From NCBI GenBank assembly GCA_964595645.1, contig CAZQQT010000003.1, positions 96,001 to 160,000 of the forward strand: a stretch of DNA of 64,000 nt, in the 5' to 3' direction. Shown here in pieces: positions 8,760 through 19,594 of this stretch. The number at the start of each line of letters is the position of its first letter. Within the stretch, counting starts at the first letter, position 1. This DNA is from an uncultured Thermococci archaeon. GTDB lineage: Archaea; Methanobacteriota_B; Thermococci; Methanofastidiosales; B48-G16. Under the pieces are notes generated by a model that was given only the letters and a program-made list of their open reading frames with translations, ran no database searches and was not told the origin of the DNA. The position numbers and the translations under genes were made by a program.

Positions 8760-9992
8760 ATGAAGAGAGTGAAAGTCAGGAAGGATGATAATATCTATGA
8801 AGGGATCGAGATCCCCTCTGCAGAGAAAAACTTTTTCGTGTTGAAGCTCGACAATGGCTATAACATCGGATTTAGGAAGGAAGATATCCGGGTAGAGGTC
8901 GTTGAAGAGTTCGAAAAGGAATCTCCGATCGCAGAAGAAGGATCCGTAACTCACAATGAGGAGTTGGAGGATGTAGCGATAATAGGAACTGGAGGGACTA
9001 TCGCGTCGAAGATCGATTACACCACTGGAGCTGTTTATCCAGCCTTTACCCCGAAGGAACTTGAGGAAATGGTCCCAGAGATCTTCGAGATCGCCAATAT
9101 CTATCCTCGAGAGGTACTCCAGATTCTCAGTGAAAATATGGATGTAAAAAAGTGGAAGACAATTGGAAATGCTGTGATGGAGGAGATAGAAAAGGGACGA
9201 CGTATTGTAATCGGCCACGGTACTGATACCATGCACTATACTGCATCCTTCCTCTCGTTCACGCTGAAAAACCTGAATGTTCCCGTGGTGTTGACCGGAT
9301 CACAGCGATCCTCTGATAGACCATCCAGCGATTCGCGAATGAATCTCTTCTGTTCTGTAGCATTTGCCACGACGAACTACAATAACGTAGTAATCTGCAT
9401 GCACGGGACCATGGAGGACACCTTTTGCGACGTGCACAGAGGAACCAAGGTGAGAAAAAATCATACCTCCCGCCGAGACGCGTTTACAAGTATCAATACT
9501 TCTCCAGTCGCCCAGGTATATGCCAACGGCACTATCGAATTTCATGAAAAATTACCAGAGAATTCTGCAGAGAATCCATACTTTGACAAGAAACTTGAGG
9601 AGAAAGTCTTTCTTTTAAAGATATTTCCCGGCATCTCGCCGCTTATACTGGACAACCTCATCGATCAAGGGTACAAAGGTATTGTATTAGAAGGTACAGG
9701 ATTGGGGCATGTTCCCTCGTCATTGTATGACACCATTGAGAGAGGGGTTGAAGAGGATGTGATCTTCTGCATGACATCTCAGTGCATGTATGGCAGAGTG
9801 AGTATGAACGTGTACCAGACGGGAAGGAAGCTGCAGGAACTGAGAGTAATTTCCTGCGAGGATATTTTCCCTGAAGCATGCTATACGAAAATGATGCATG
9901 TTCTCGGCCACACAACTTCGTATGATGAGGTAAAGACGTTGATGAAAACAAATATTGCGGGAGAGATCACGCAGGATACGGTGGTTCAATGA
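8760..9992 (+). CDS. gatD: Glu-tRNA(Gln) amidotransferase subunit D
   Basis: KLDNGYNIG, TGGTIAS, HGTDT, GSQRSSDRPSSD and HTSRRDAF motifs. Confidence 0.95.
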   Translation: MKRVKVRKDDNIYEGIEIPSAEKNFFVLKLDNGYNIGFRKEDIRVEVVEEFEKESPIAEEGSVTHNEELEDVAIIGTGGTIASKIDYTTGAVYPAFTPKELEEMVPEIFEIANIYPREVLQILSENMDVKKWKTIGNAVMEEIEKGRRIVIGHGTDTMHYTASFLSFTLKNLNVPVVLTGSQRSSDRPSSDSRMNLFCSVAFATTNYNNVVICMHGTMEDTFCDVHRGTKVRKNHTSRRDAFTSINTSPVAQVYANGTIEFHEKLPENSAENPYFDKKLEEKVFLLKIFPGISPLILDNLIDQGYKGIVLEGTGLGHVPSSLYDTIERGVEEDVIFCMTSQCMYGRVSMNVYQTGRKLQELRVISCEDIFPEACYTKMMHVLGHTTSYDEVKTLMKTNIAGEITQDTVVQ

Positions 9993-11794
9993 AGGCAGGA
10001 CTGGAAATTCACGCGCAATTGAACACGGAGAAGTTATTTTGCAGTTGTGATACCACACTAAAAGATGATGATCCTACCAAAGAAATAGAACGAAAACTTC
10101 ATGTTACGGTGAGTGAACTAAATGAAGTGGACAGAGCTGCCTTTGAGGAGAGCTTGAAAGATAAGAAACACGTGTACGAAGCATTTGATGATTCATGTCT
10201 GGTTTATCTCGATGAAGAACCGCCGCATGATCCGAATAACGAGGCAATAGAGACAGCACTGACAGTTGCACTTTTGCTGAATGCAGATATTGTAGATCAA
10301 ATTCACTTTATGCGAAAGATCGTAATCGATGGAAGCAATGTGTCTGGATTTCAGCGAACAGCGATTATCGGACTTAATGGTATTGTTGAAACAGAGAACG
10401 GCACTGTAGAAGTTCCAACTATTTGTCTAGAGGAGGATGCTGCAAGACGAGATAAAGAAGAAAACAACACAGTATACTGGAAGATTGACAGACTCGGTAC
10501 CCCATTAATAGAGATAGCTACCTCACCTACGATAAAAAGTCCCGAACAGGGGAGAGAAGTCGCGTTGTTCATAGGAAATATTCTGAAGGCCACGGAAAGG
10601 CTCAAACATGGAATAGGAACGATACGTCAGGATCTTAATATTTCGATACCTGAGGGTGCGAGAATAGAGATCAAGGGGGTGCAGGAGCTGAACATGATCC
10701 CCATGTATATCGAAGAAGAAGTGAAACGACAAAAAGCTCTTCTCACAATAAAGGAAGAACTCCACAAGAGAAATGCACAGGTGGGAGATATATTCGATGT
10801 GACAGATCTTTTTGAGGATACGCACTCTAATATAGTAAAAAAGGCGGATAAGGTTCTTGTGTTAAAACTAAAGAATTTTTCTGGACTTTTGGGAAGAGAA
10901 ATACAGGAGAAGAGACGATTCGGATCCGAACTTGCAGATTACGCTAGCAAGTATGTTCCGGGACTGTTCCATTCGGATGAACTGCCTGCATACGGCATTA
11001 CCGAGGGAGAGAAAATAGATGTACTCGAGGAGCTTGGAACAGACAGTTTTGTGTTAGTAGCATCCACAGAAGAGAAGGCGGAAAAGGCTCTGAAAGAAGT
11101 AAAAGAGAGACTAAAAATAGCGTTTAAAGGCGTTCCCGAAGAAACGAGGAAGCCATTGGACACAGGTGCCTCGTCGTATGCCCGGCCATTGCCTGGAGAG
11201 GCAAGAATGTACCCAGAGACAGATGTTCCTCCATACCATGTCTCTCGCGATACTGTTGAAACACTGAAAGATAAGCTGCCGGAACTTCCAAAGGAGAAAA
11301 AAGAACGGTTGATGAGAGAGTACGATCTCAATGAAGAGAACACTATAAAGATAATGAATTATGATCCCGATTTCTTCGAGAAAGTAATGGAAAAGTACGA
11401 AATAAAGCCCACACTGTTCCTAAAAGCCGCAGAAACATACAGAAGTTTTGGTGCCGGGGAGTTGAAGGATCTGGATGTGGTGTTTGAGTATCTTTCTCAG
11501 GATAAGTTGGTGAAAGAAGGGATAGAGAATGTGTTGGAGGAATTTTCTAAAGGTAACAAAGATATAGATACCATTATAGAGACGTACAACCTCACTCCGC
11601 TCTCGGATAAATACGCAGAGGAAACAATACAAGAAATAGTACAAAAAAATAGAGATGTTATCGAGGAAAAGGAAGAAAGAGCTATTTCTGCATTGATGGG
11701 GGAGTGTATGAAAGCACTGAGGGGTAAAGTCGATGGAAAAACAGTGAATGAGATTCTTAGGAAAGAAATAGAAAAAATTCGCAATCATGAGTAA
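9989..11794 (+). CDS. gatE: Glu-tRNA(Gln) amidotransferase subunit E
   Basis: GLEIHAQL, KLFC, MRKIVIDGSN, LEEDAAR, RQDLN and ARMYPETD motifs. Confidence 0.95.
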   Translation: MKAGLEIHAQLNTEKLFCSCDTTLKDDDPTKEIERKLHVTVSELNEVDRAAFEESLKDKKHVYEAFDDSCLVYLDEEPPHDPNNEAIETALTVALLLNADIVDQIHFMRKIVIDGSNVSGFQRTAIIGLNGIVETENGTVEVPTICLEEDAARRDKEENNTVYWKIDRLGTPLIEIATSPTIKSPEQGREVALFIGNILKATERLKHGIGTIRQDLNISIPEGARIEIKGVQELNMIPMYIEEEVKRQKALLTIKEELHKRNAQVGDIFDVTDLFEDTHSNIVKKADKVLVLKLKNFSGLLGREIQEKRRFGSELADYASKYVPGLFHSDELPAYGITEGEKIDVLEELGTDSFVLVASTEEKAEKALKEVKERLKIAFKGVPEETRKPLDTGASSYARPLPGEARMYPETDVPPYHVSRDTVETLKDKLPELPKEKKERLMREYDLNEENTIKIMNYDPDFFEKVMEKYEIKPTLFLKAAETYRSFGAGELKDLDVVFEYLSQDKLVKEGIENVLEEFSKGNKDIDTIIETYNLTPLSDKYAEETIQEIVQKNRDVIEEKEERAISALMGECMKALRGKVDGKTVNEILRKEIEKIRNHE

Positions 11795-11931
11795 AATACA
11801 GCAAAAAAATCTAATTGAGGATTTAAATCAGAGGAAAATCAGTTCTAAAGATATCTTAATCCGAAATATTAATAAAGTGAGCTGTATCCTTATAAGTTAG
11901 CACAAGTTGAAAGACTTTCGGTGTTTCATAT

Positions 11932-13842
11932 ATGAAAGACAAGAATAACACAGAGAATGAACTCTTGGCAGTGCATGAACAGTATCTCATCGAAAACGCA
12001 ACCGATATTATATTTATTCAGGATTTGGATCTTAATTTACATTATGTAAGTCCCTCTGTCGAATCTTTGGCAGGTTACACTGTTGAAGAAGCGTTAGAAC
12101 TCACAGTGAAAGATTTATTAACAGTCGATTCATTTGAGAAGGCCCAAAAAAGCCTTCAAAGATATGTAGAATTAGCCAAAGAGAAAAAAAATGTAAATGT
12201 TCCGCTCATGCAGTACGAGTATGTGAGAAAGGATGGCTCTACCTTCTGGGGGGAACTGCGAGTGAGATTCTTACGTGATTCCACCGGCCATCCTGTTGGT
12301 GTTCATGGGATTTTACGAGATATTACAGAGCGCAAGCGGGTAGATGAGGCGTTACGTAAGAGTAAAAATAAAATTGAAGAGCTCCATAGTATTGCAACAC
12401 AGTTGGGGGTCTGCAGTTCAGAAGAGGAGGTCTATAAGATTGCTGTAGATGCAGCCGAGAATGTTCTCGATTTTGATGTTGTTGAAGTATTAATACGAGA
12501 AGGTGACATGCTTGCAGTGAAAGCAAAATCCAGTTCCCTACCAGATATTGAAGCACAGGATATGGGAATCAATGAAGGCGTTGCGGGTAAAACCTACCAA
12601 ACAAATCAATCCTACCTTTCGGGCAATGTAAAAAAGGATAGGATAGCTAGTCCATCCTCAGATAAATATCGATCAGGTATAAGTATACCTATTGGAACAC
12701 TGGGGGTATTTCAGGCAATATCAACTGAAACAAACAGTTTTAACCAGGAAGATCTCAAAATGGGAGAACTTCTTGTTTCACATGTTCGAGAAGCCCTTGA
12801 CAGAATTCAACATGAAGAGGCACTGCGAAAAAGTGAAGAGAAGTACCGTACCTTGTTTGAACGTGTCCCTGTTGGGATCTACCGTACTACCCCTGAAGGA
12901 AAAATAATAGATACGAATCCTGCACTGATCGAGATGCTCGGTTACCCGAATCGGGATCTTCTCTTAACTCGAGAAGCAGACGATCTTTTCATAGAATCGT
13001 ATGATAGAGAACGAGAAAAAGCTTTTTTAGAAAGAAATGGAGAAATAAGAAACTTTACAAGTCAAATGCGTCGTTATGATGGTACTATCATTTGGGTGCA
13101 GGACAATGCTCGAGCTGTCCTAGATGAATATGACAATGTACTTTTTTATGAGGGCAGTCTCCAAGATATCACCCAGCGTAAGAAAGCGGAAGAGGAAGCA
13201 GAGTTTTATAATTCTCTATTGAGGCATGATATCAGTAACAAGATCCAGGTGATGATGGGCTATCTAGGAATGCTTGAAAGAACAGATCTCTCTGACAAGC
13301 AAGAGACATTTGTTAAAAAGGCAGTCTCTGCAGCAAAAAGTAGCAGTGATCTGATTCGAAAAGTAAGGGATTTGGAGAAATTAAAGGATACACAGGAACT
13401 GATAACGCTTTCTCTCGATGACGTTATCGTTGATACAATCCAAAACTTTTCTCATCACATAGAAGACAAAGGAATTAAAGTAACATACGATCTGTCAGAA
13501 ATACGAGTAAAAGCAAGTCCTCTACTCGAAGAGATATTCGTTAACCTAATACAAAATGCAGTTATACATTCTGGATGTAACGAGATTACAATCCACGCTT
13601 CATCTGGGAAGGAATACTATCTTGTTTCTATTGAAGATGATGGAAAAGGTATACCTAATGAGTACAAAAAAAGGATCTTTCAAAGAAGTGTAAAGGGAAC
13701 GGAGAGTGAAGGAAGTGGTATTGGTCTTCACCTTGTAAAAATGATTTTAGAAAGTTTTAACGGAAAAATAGAAGTAGTTGACAGGGTTGAAGGAAATTAT
13801 TCGAAAGGTACGCGCTTTAATGTCTATATTCCACGACGGTAG
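11932..13842 (+). CDS. Cytoplasmic PAS-GAF-PAS histidine kinase
   Basis: Two PAS/PAC domains (RDITERK, QDITQRK) and a GAF domain; H box RHDISN, N box NLIQNA, DDGKG, GIGL. Confidence 0.9.
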   Translation: MKDKNNTENELLAVHEQYLIENATDIIFIQDLDLNLHYVSPSVESLAGYTVEEALELTVKDLLTVDSFEKAQKSLQRYVELAKEKKNVNVPLMQYEYVRKDGSTFWGELRVRFLRDSTGHPVGVHGILRDITERKRVDEALRKSKNKIEELHSIATQLGVCSSEEEVYKIAVDAAENVLDFDVVEVLIREGDMLAVKAKSSSLPDIEAQDMGINEGVAGKTYQTNQSYLSGNVKKDRIASPSSDKYRSGISIPIGTLGVFQAISTETNSFNQEDLKMGELLVSHVREALDRIQHEEALRKSEEKYRTLFERVPVGIYRTTPEGKIIDTNPALIEMLGYPNRDLLLTREADDLFIESYDREREKAFLERNGEIRNFTSQMRRYDGTIIWVQDNARAVLDEYDNVLFYEGSLQDITQRKKAEEEAEFYNSLLRHDISNKIQVMMGYLGMLERTDLSDKQETFVKKAVSAAKSSSDLIRKVRDLEKLKDTQELITLSLDDVIVDTIQNFSHHIEDKGIKVTYDLSEIRVKASPLLEEIFVNLIQNAVIHSGCNEITIHASSGKEYYLVSIEDDGKGIPNEYKKRIFQRSVKGTESEGSGIGLHLVKMILESFNGKIEVVDRVEGNYSKGTRFNVYIPRR

Positions 13843-13895
13843 ATTTACAAAGTCTTCAATTCATTTAAAAGGGAGATAAAGAAAAAAAGTGAGTT

Positions 13896-16800
13896 TTACG
13901 TTTCTATCCATATTTCAACTGGTTCAGAGTCGACCATCCATTCTTTATGGTAGCCCTTCCCCTTTTCGAATTTCAAAGTTTCAGATCGCGTTTCCTTTTT
14001 TATGTACTCCTCATCAAGATCGAAATTGCACACGAGATAGGTCACGATATTTTCTTCGATATTTAAATCCATTTCCTTTCTCATCTGCTGGATTCTCCTC
14101 ACTAATTCTCTTGTGTAGGCTTCTTTTTTTAGGTTTTCGTCCATTTCCTTATTGAGAAAGAGATTTCCGAGATCGGACTGAACGAGCTCAAACCCTTTTG
14201 GAGGCAACACTTCAAAATCTACGTCTCCCTTTTCTATCACGAAGTCTTCCATCTTGAACTCCCCTTTCTCCAGCGCGTTGTGAAGTGTCCTACCATCTAT
14301 TTTTTCCAGCAGTGCAACTACCTTGTTGGTATCCTCTCCGAACTTTGGTCCAAGGCTCTTATAATTCGGCACTGTCTTGTACCGCATGTCCATTTGTGCC
14401 AATGTTATTTTTTTGGCGTTTGTCTGTTCGAGGAGTATCTCTTCGAACTGTTTCACTGCTTTTTCTACGTGTTGATCATCCGAATCAAGAACAATTTCCG
14501 ATACTGGCCACCGCAGTTTTATTCCTGCTTTTTGTCGTGCGAAAGCTGCGTTCTCGACGATTTTTCTCACGATGCCCATTAACTCGTTGGTTTTGGTGTC
14601 TATCAACCTATCGTCGTACTCCGGGTACGACGTGAGATGTACGCTCTCTTCCTGCTCAAGATTAGTAAAGATGTGGTCCGCGATATAGGGTGTGATTGGC
14701 GCCATCATTCTCGCCAATCTTTTCAGTACATAGCTCAACACAAAGTATGCGGCCTTTTTATTCGGATCATCCTTCTCTATCCATGTTCTACTCCGTACAA
14801 GTTTCACATACCATCGTGAGAGATCTTCGACGATAAATTTGTATATCGGTCTTGTTATTTTGTGGAAATGAAATGTGTCCCACATTTCTAATATCTCTTT
14901 TACCAACGTGTTTACTCTGGAGAGCATCCATTTGTCTTCTTCTCTGAGGTATTCCTCTACTTCATCATACGACGTATCTGGATCGAACTCATCAAGGGAC
15001 ATATAGGTTGTCGAGAACTTATAAACATTCCACAGTATTTTGAGCATTCCATTTACACTCTCTATTTTATTCCAGGAGATTCTCACGTCCTCCCAAGGCG
15101 CAACAGCCCACAGAACGTAGAATCTGAATGTGTCTCTTCCGTATTTCTCGATTACCTCTTCAGGGGGAATGACATTTCCTATGGATTTATGCATTGCATC
15201 TCCCTTTTCATCCAGGGTAAATCCGTGCATTTCCACCATTCTGTGGGGCACTGTATCGAACGTCACTACCGAGGCGGCCTGCTGAGAGTAAAACCACTTT
15301 GTTATCTGATCATGTCCCTCTACAACGTAATCTGCTGGAAAAATCTTCTCAAAGAGTTCCTTTTCAGCCGGATAGTTTAGTGATGCCCAGGGAGCGGATC
15401 CAGAGTCAAGCCAAACATCGAGAACGTCATCCACTCTTTTCATGATGCCGCCGCACTCACATCGTAGTGTGATCGGATCCACGGTCGGTCTGTGGAGATC
15501 ATCTACCTCTATATTCTCAATACTCTTCTCTTTGAGCTCTTTTATACTTCCGATTACTATCTCTTCTTCACAGTCCTCACAGACCCACACAGGAAGTGGT
15601 ACGCCCCAGTATCGCTGTCTGGATATACACCAGTCTCCTACGTTTCTCACACCGTTCACGTATCGTTTCTCAGCCCAGTCAGGAATCCATGTGACCTTCT
15701 CATTTTCCTTGACAATCTCCTCCTTTATTCTGGAGATCCGCATGAACCACTGTTCCGTGGACATGAATATCAGTGGTGACCCACATCGCCAACAGAAGGG
15801 ATATTTGTGCTCAATTTCTACAAATTTTATCAATAAGCCCTTATTCTTTAGATCCTCTACGATCTTTGGATCCGTATCCTTCACAAACATACCTTTCCAT
15901 TTTCCCTCAGTAAACCGTCCTTCGGAGTCAAGAGGGGAGTATGCAGGTAACTCGTACTCCTTTCCCACTTCAAAGTCTTCTTCTCCGTGACCCGGAGCAG
16001 TGTGGACACAGCCTGTACCTTCTTCCAGCGTGACGTGATCGCCCAAGATAACATAATGGGCGTTGTCAAATGTTTGCTGTGAGGGCATCTCTTCAAGGAA
16101 AGGATGCACGTATCTCATCCCCTCGAGTTCTTCTCCGGTCATCTCTTCAACTATCTCATAGGGAATATCAAAGGAGGAGAGTATCATGTTTGCCATATCT
16201 CTGGCCATTATCCAGTACTCTTCTTTTCCATTCACATCTACCTTCAGTTTCGCATAGGTGAACGAAGGATGAACACATACCGCGATATTTGCAGGAAGCG
16301 TCCACGGTGTGGTAGTCCAGATCACAATATACTCATTCTCCGTATTTTCCAGTCTGAACTTAACGAATACAGAGGGGTCCTTCACCATTTGATACTCTCC
16401 TCGAACTTCGTGTTCTGCCAAGGCGGTCTCACATCGCGGACACCATTGAATGACTCTCCGATCCTTTTCCAAGAGTTCTTTCTTCCATGCACGTTTAAAT
16501 GACCACCATTCAGCCTCCATATAGTTTTTCTTGATAGTCATATAAGGATTATCCCAGTCTAACCATACCCCTAAATTCATGAATTGTTCTTCCATTCTAT
16601 CCTTATTTCTGATTGCAAATTCTTTACATTTTTCGATGAAGATTTTCACGCCGATTTTATTCTCAATATCCTTCTTGTTTTTGATGTTGAGCTCACTTTC
16701 TACCTTTACCTCGATAGGAAGACCGTGCATATCCCATCCTGGTTGTCTTCTCGGTGCGTAGCCCCTCATTGTCTTATACCGCAGGACGGTGTCCTTGATC

Positions 16801-16979
16801 ACTTTGTTCAGTGCGGTTCCGATATGGACCTCACCGGATGTGAAGGGCGGTCCATCCAAAAAGTACCATTTCTTTCCATCCTTTGCCAGATACTTCTTGT
16901 ATATGTCGTTTTCTTTCCATTGTGTATCTACTTCTTTCTCCACTTTGAGCGGTTCGTATCTTCCTTCTACTGCTTTCAT
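13896..16979 (-). CDS. ileS: Isoleucine--tRNA ligase
   Basis: DGPP, HIGT, GWDMHGLP, WTTTPWTLP, GTGCVHTAPGHG, DWCISRQRYWG and AMHKS motifs. Confidence 0.95.
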   Translation of the reverse strand: MKAVEGRYEPLKVEKEVDTQWKENDIYKKYLAKDGKKWYFLDGPPFTSGEVHIGTALNKVIKDTVLRYKTMRGYAPRRQPGWDMHGLPIEVKVESELNIKNKKDIENKIGVKIFIEKCKEFAIRNKDRMEEQFMNLGVWLDWDNPYMTIKKNYMEAEWWSFKRAWKKELLEKDRRVIQWCPRCETALAEHEVRGEYQMVKDPSVFVKFRLENTENEYIVIWTTTPWTLPANIAVCVHPSFTYAKLKVDVNGKEEYWIMARDMANMILSSFDIPYEIVEEMTGEELEGMRYVHPFLEEMPSQQTFDNAHYVILGDHVTLEEGTGCVHTAPGHGEEDFEVGKEYELPAYSPLDSEGRFTEGKWKGMFVKDTDPKIVEDLKNKGLLIKFVEIEHKYPFCWRCGSPLIFMSTEQWFMRISRIKEEIVKENEKVTWIPDWAEKRYVNGVRNVGDWCISRQRYWGVPLPVWVCEDCEEEIVIGSIKELKEKSIENIEVDDLHRPTVDPITLRCECGGIMKRVDDVLDVWLDSGSAPWASLNYPAEKELFEKIFPADYVVEGHDQITKWFYSQQAASVVTFDTVPHRMVEMHGFTLDEKGDAMHKSIGNVIPPEEVIEKYGRDTFRFYVLWAVAPWEDVRISWNKIESVNGMLKILWNVYKFSTTYMSLDEFDPDTSYDEVEEYLREEDKWMLSRVNTLVKEILEMWDTFHFHKITRPIYKFIVEDLSRWYVKLVRSRTWIEKDDPNKKAAYFVLSYVLKRLARMMAPITPYIADHIFTNLEQEESVHLTSYPEYDDRLIDTKTNELMGIVRKIVENAAFARQKAGIKLRWPVSEIVLDSDDQHVEKAVKQFEEILLEQTNAKKITLAQMDMRYKTVPNYKSLGPKFGEDTNKVVALLEKIDGRTLHNALEKGEFKMEDFVIEKGDVDFEVLPPKGFELVQSDLGNLFLNKEMDENLKKEAYTRELVRRIQQMRKEMDLNIEENIVTYLVCNFDLDEEYIKKETRSETLKFEKGKGYHKEWMVDSEPVEIWIET

Positions 16980-17304
16980 CGAATCACCTTTTCCATGAAT
17001 ATCTCGATAACTTTCATTCTATTTATATATTCATGTTATACTATACCTAAATTCCTTTCACATTCGGTAACAATGCGGTAAATTTTACGAATTAAAGTAT
17101 TAAATTAAAATTATAATTATATTCTCTGTGTCCCTGTATTCTCCTATCATTTTCATGGAACACCAGCTCCTGGATACACTACCCAATTACTCACCCTTTA
17201 TATGCTTTTCGGTTACTCGTGCATACAAAGACGCGTAGAATCCGAGAAAAATGGTGCTCCCATCGTGCCAAAAGTTTTTAATATATTTTATTTACGTAAA
17301 CAGT

Positions 17305-18498
17305 ATGGGCTTGAAGAGGATCGGCGTTGCTGGGCATGTAGGTGTTGGTCATACACATGGCCATGCAGGATTCATCCAAGATGATTCAGGTGGATTTGTT
17401 ACCGTGGGTGCGCTCATACGGGATCATGTGCGTGTAGATACACACATCGCGGAGGCAGAAGCTGATGTTGATTCTAACACGATCAGGATCACAACTGTTG
17501 ATGGTGGAACAGCTACTACGTCACCCCGCAGAGGATTGACACCTGCTGAGGCTGGGAGTATACGCAGATTGCGGGGCCAGGATGCTCTTTTTTGTCAGAC
17601 TGTCACTGTTAATGCACTAGGCAGAATGTACGGACAGGGGGTGCTGGAGACGCCAGTAGCCCTTGAAGCTGCAATGGCCAATGCAGTGGTTGATACCTTC
17701 CGGGAAAATGCAGAGAGTTTTAAGATGGTTGAAGAAAGTATTGAGACCAATCATGGACTTATCGGCGGTATCTCGGCTGAATCTGATGAAGCGACAGTAT
17801 CTTATCTTCTTAGTGTTAATTATACAGCAGGAGGTCTCGGTCCAGTGGAGGATATGGAAGGAAATATCCCTCTAGGAACAAAGGGTGAACTCATGAAGGA
17901 ACTTGGAATGATGGAATGCCCCACGATCATCGTTGAAGGCAAGGCATACCTACCATCGATCTCAGATGACCTCGATCGGAATACCTTTCTTGTCCGTGCA
18001 CAAAAAGGCATCGATAATCCTATTGTCGCCTGTAGCTTGGTAGATTCGGCAAAGGAGCTGGGATACCCTGCTATCTACAGAGATGATCTTCTTCCCCATG
18101 ATGAAGGCGTAATGACACGAGAAACAACGCGTTTTGCCGAACGGATCAATGAATATGCAGAACAGCTGAAACGAGCCACGCAGGCATCGGAGAAAGTCCA
18201 AATTGTTGCAAAGATGGCTGCCCTGATAAGTCAGGATGTTGGAGGAATTACATGCATATCTAATAAGATTCATGATCTCGTGAGAGGAGCAGGGATGATG
18301 CCCGGAACTTCAGCTGTATTATCTATTGCAACCACCAAATCCTACCGAGATCACTGGAAAATACCGTTGTATGAGCAGGATGATGCTGAAAAAGCTAAAA
18401 ATATTGTGAAACTAGGAATAAAGAAAATAGCTACCAATTACGAGCGTGCCCATGATGTGCTCGAACGCCGCTATGCGCAGTGGAATCTAGACGTATAA
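17305..18498 (+). CDS. Uncharacterised protein with His-rich N-terminal motif
   Basis: About 397-aa ORF; GHVGVGHTHGHAGFIQDDSGGF; start at ATG 17305 after a TATA-like element. Confidence 0.75.
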   Translation: MGLKRIGVAGHVGVGHTHGHAGFIQDDSGGFVTVGALIRDHVRVDTHIAEAEADVDSNTIRITTVDGGTATTSPRRGLTPAEAGSIRRLRGQDALFCQTVTVNALGRMYGQGVLETPVALEAAMANAVVDTFRENAESFKMVEESIETNHGLIGGISAESDEATVSYLLSVNYTAGGLGPVEDMEGNIPLGTKGELMKELGMMECPTIIVEGKAYLPSISDDLDRNTFLVRAQKGIDNPIVACSLVDSAKELGYPAIYRDDLLPHDEGVMTRETTRFAERINEYAEQLKRATQASEKVQIVAKMAALISQDVGGITCISNKIHDLVRGAGMMPGTSAVLSIATTKSYRDHWKIPLYEQDDAEKAKNIVKLGIKKIATNYERAHDVLERRYAQWNLDV

Positions 18499-18509
18499 AA
18501 GGATGCTGT

Positions 18510-19586
18510 TCACGACAGGAAATCCTCGTTTTCGATTTTCTCTGGGAGGTATTTCTCCGCCACGAAGCTGAGCGATTTATTTGCCAAAGCCTGCTGTTCT
18601 ATTCTCACTCCCTTCTTAAGTGCGAGCTTGAGTTGCCGTTGCCAGTCCTTTTTCTTAAACCATGGATACTCCATCTCCTCCTTTATTCTCTTTTTTCCTG
18701 AGTCTTTGAGTTTTTCTGTAACATTTTCCAGTCCGTATCGCTCTACATCATCGATAGTCATGCCAACAAACTTCGAATCTGGAACTGACAACATCTGTGA
18801 GAGATAGGCGAGGTTGATAGATCCCTGTTTTATCGTTGAGTAAATGTACCATCCGTAAGGATCACCGTCGGTGAACACGATGACAGGGAGTCCTGTTTCG
18901 TTATGCATTCTTTTTATTAGACGTCGTACTCCCCGGGGGGCCTGACCTTGGCACGCCACGATCAATGCATCGTTATCCTCAGCGAACTTCTCTTCGATCA
19001 ATCTGTCTGCCATGGCAGCGGTTTCGACGACGAGGATGTACTCGGCATTCACATCCACAAAGCCGATATCCTCTAGGTTACCAGGTACTGCCCAGCCGCC
19101 TCTACCAAGCTTTGAGCAGTTAAACTCGTCTTCTCCATCTTTTATCACGATATCGCCATACATGTAGCCCCGTCTATCAGCTGTGAGATTGAGCTCCTCC
19201 CGCAACGCGTTAAGACTGAGTTCAAGATCCTCGATGATCGGATTGGACTCATCCTGGTCGTTGAATGTGTTTTCATTTTTCCTCCCTGCGAGAGTATGCT
19301 TCAGTGCATAGTACAATTCCCTTATCCCTGCGTGTTTATTTTCTTTTATGAGCTGACGACAGTAAGAAGCAACGAGGAGTGTCTGCATAAATTTTCTCGT
19401 GTGCGCGACATTGAGGTAGTACCGTTTTGAGTACTTGTCACCCATTATCAGGTATCCTTTCTCTTCATCGTACTCTACATTACTCAAACTTCTCTGTGTT
19501 ATCTTTATGTGAGGATTCTTCCCTTTTTCTAATTGCTTCAACACATCTTCTCCAAGTTTCTCCAAGTTTTCTTCTATTTTTTTCAT
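18510..19586 (-). CDS. top6A: DNA topoisomerase VI subunit A
   Basis: RELYY catalytic Tyr, Toprim VVE and TDGDPYG, EQQAL. Confidence 0.95.
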   Translation of the reverse strand: MKKIEENLEKLGEDVLKQLEKGKNPHIKITQRSLSNVEYDEEKGYLIMGDKYSKRYYLNVAHTRKFMQTLLVASYCRQLIKENKHAGIRELYYALKHTLAGRKNENTFNDQDESNPIIEDLELSLNALREELNLTADRRGYMYGDIVIKDGEDEFNCSKLGRGGWAVPGNLEDIGFVDVNAEYILVVETAAMADRLIEEKFAEDNDALIVACQGQAPRGVRRLIKRMHNETGLPVIVFTDGDPYGWYIYSTIKQGSINLAYLSQMLSVPDSKFVGMTIDDVERYGLENVTEKLKDSGKKRIKEEMEYPWFKKKDWQRQLKLALKKGVRIEQQALANKSLSFVAEKYLPEKIENEDFLS

Positions 19587-19594
19587 ATTCTCCC

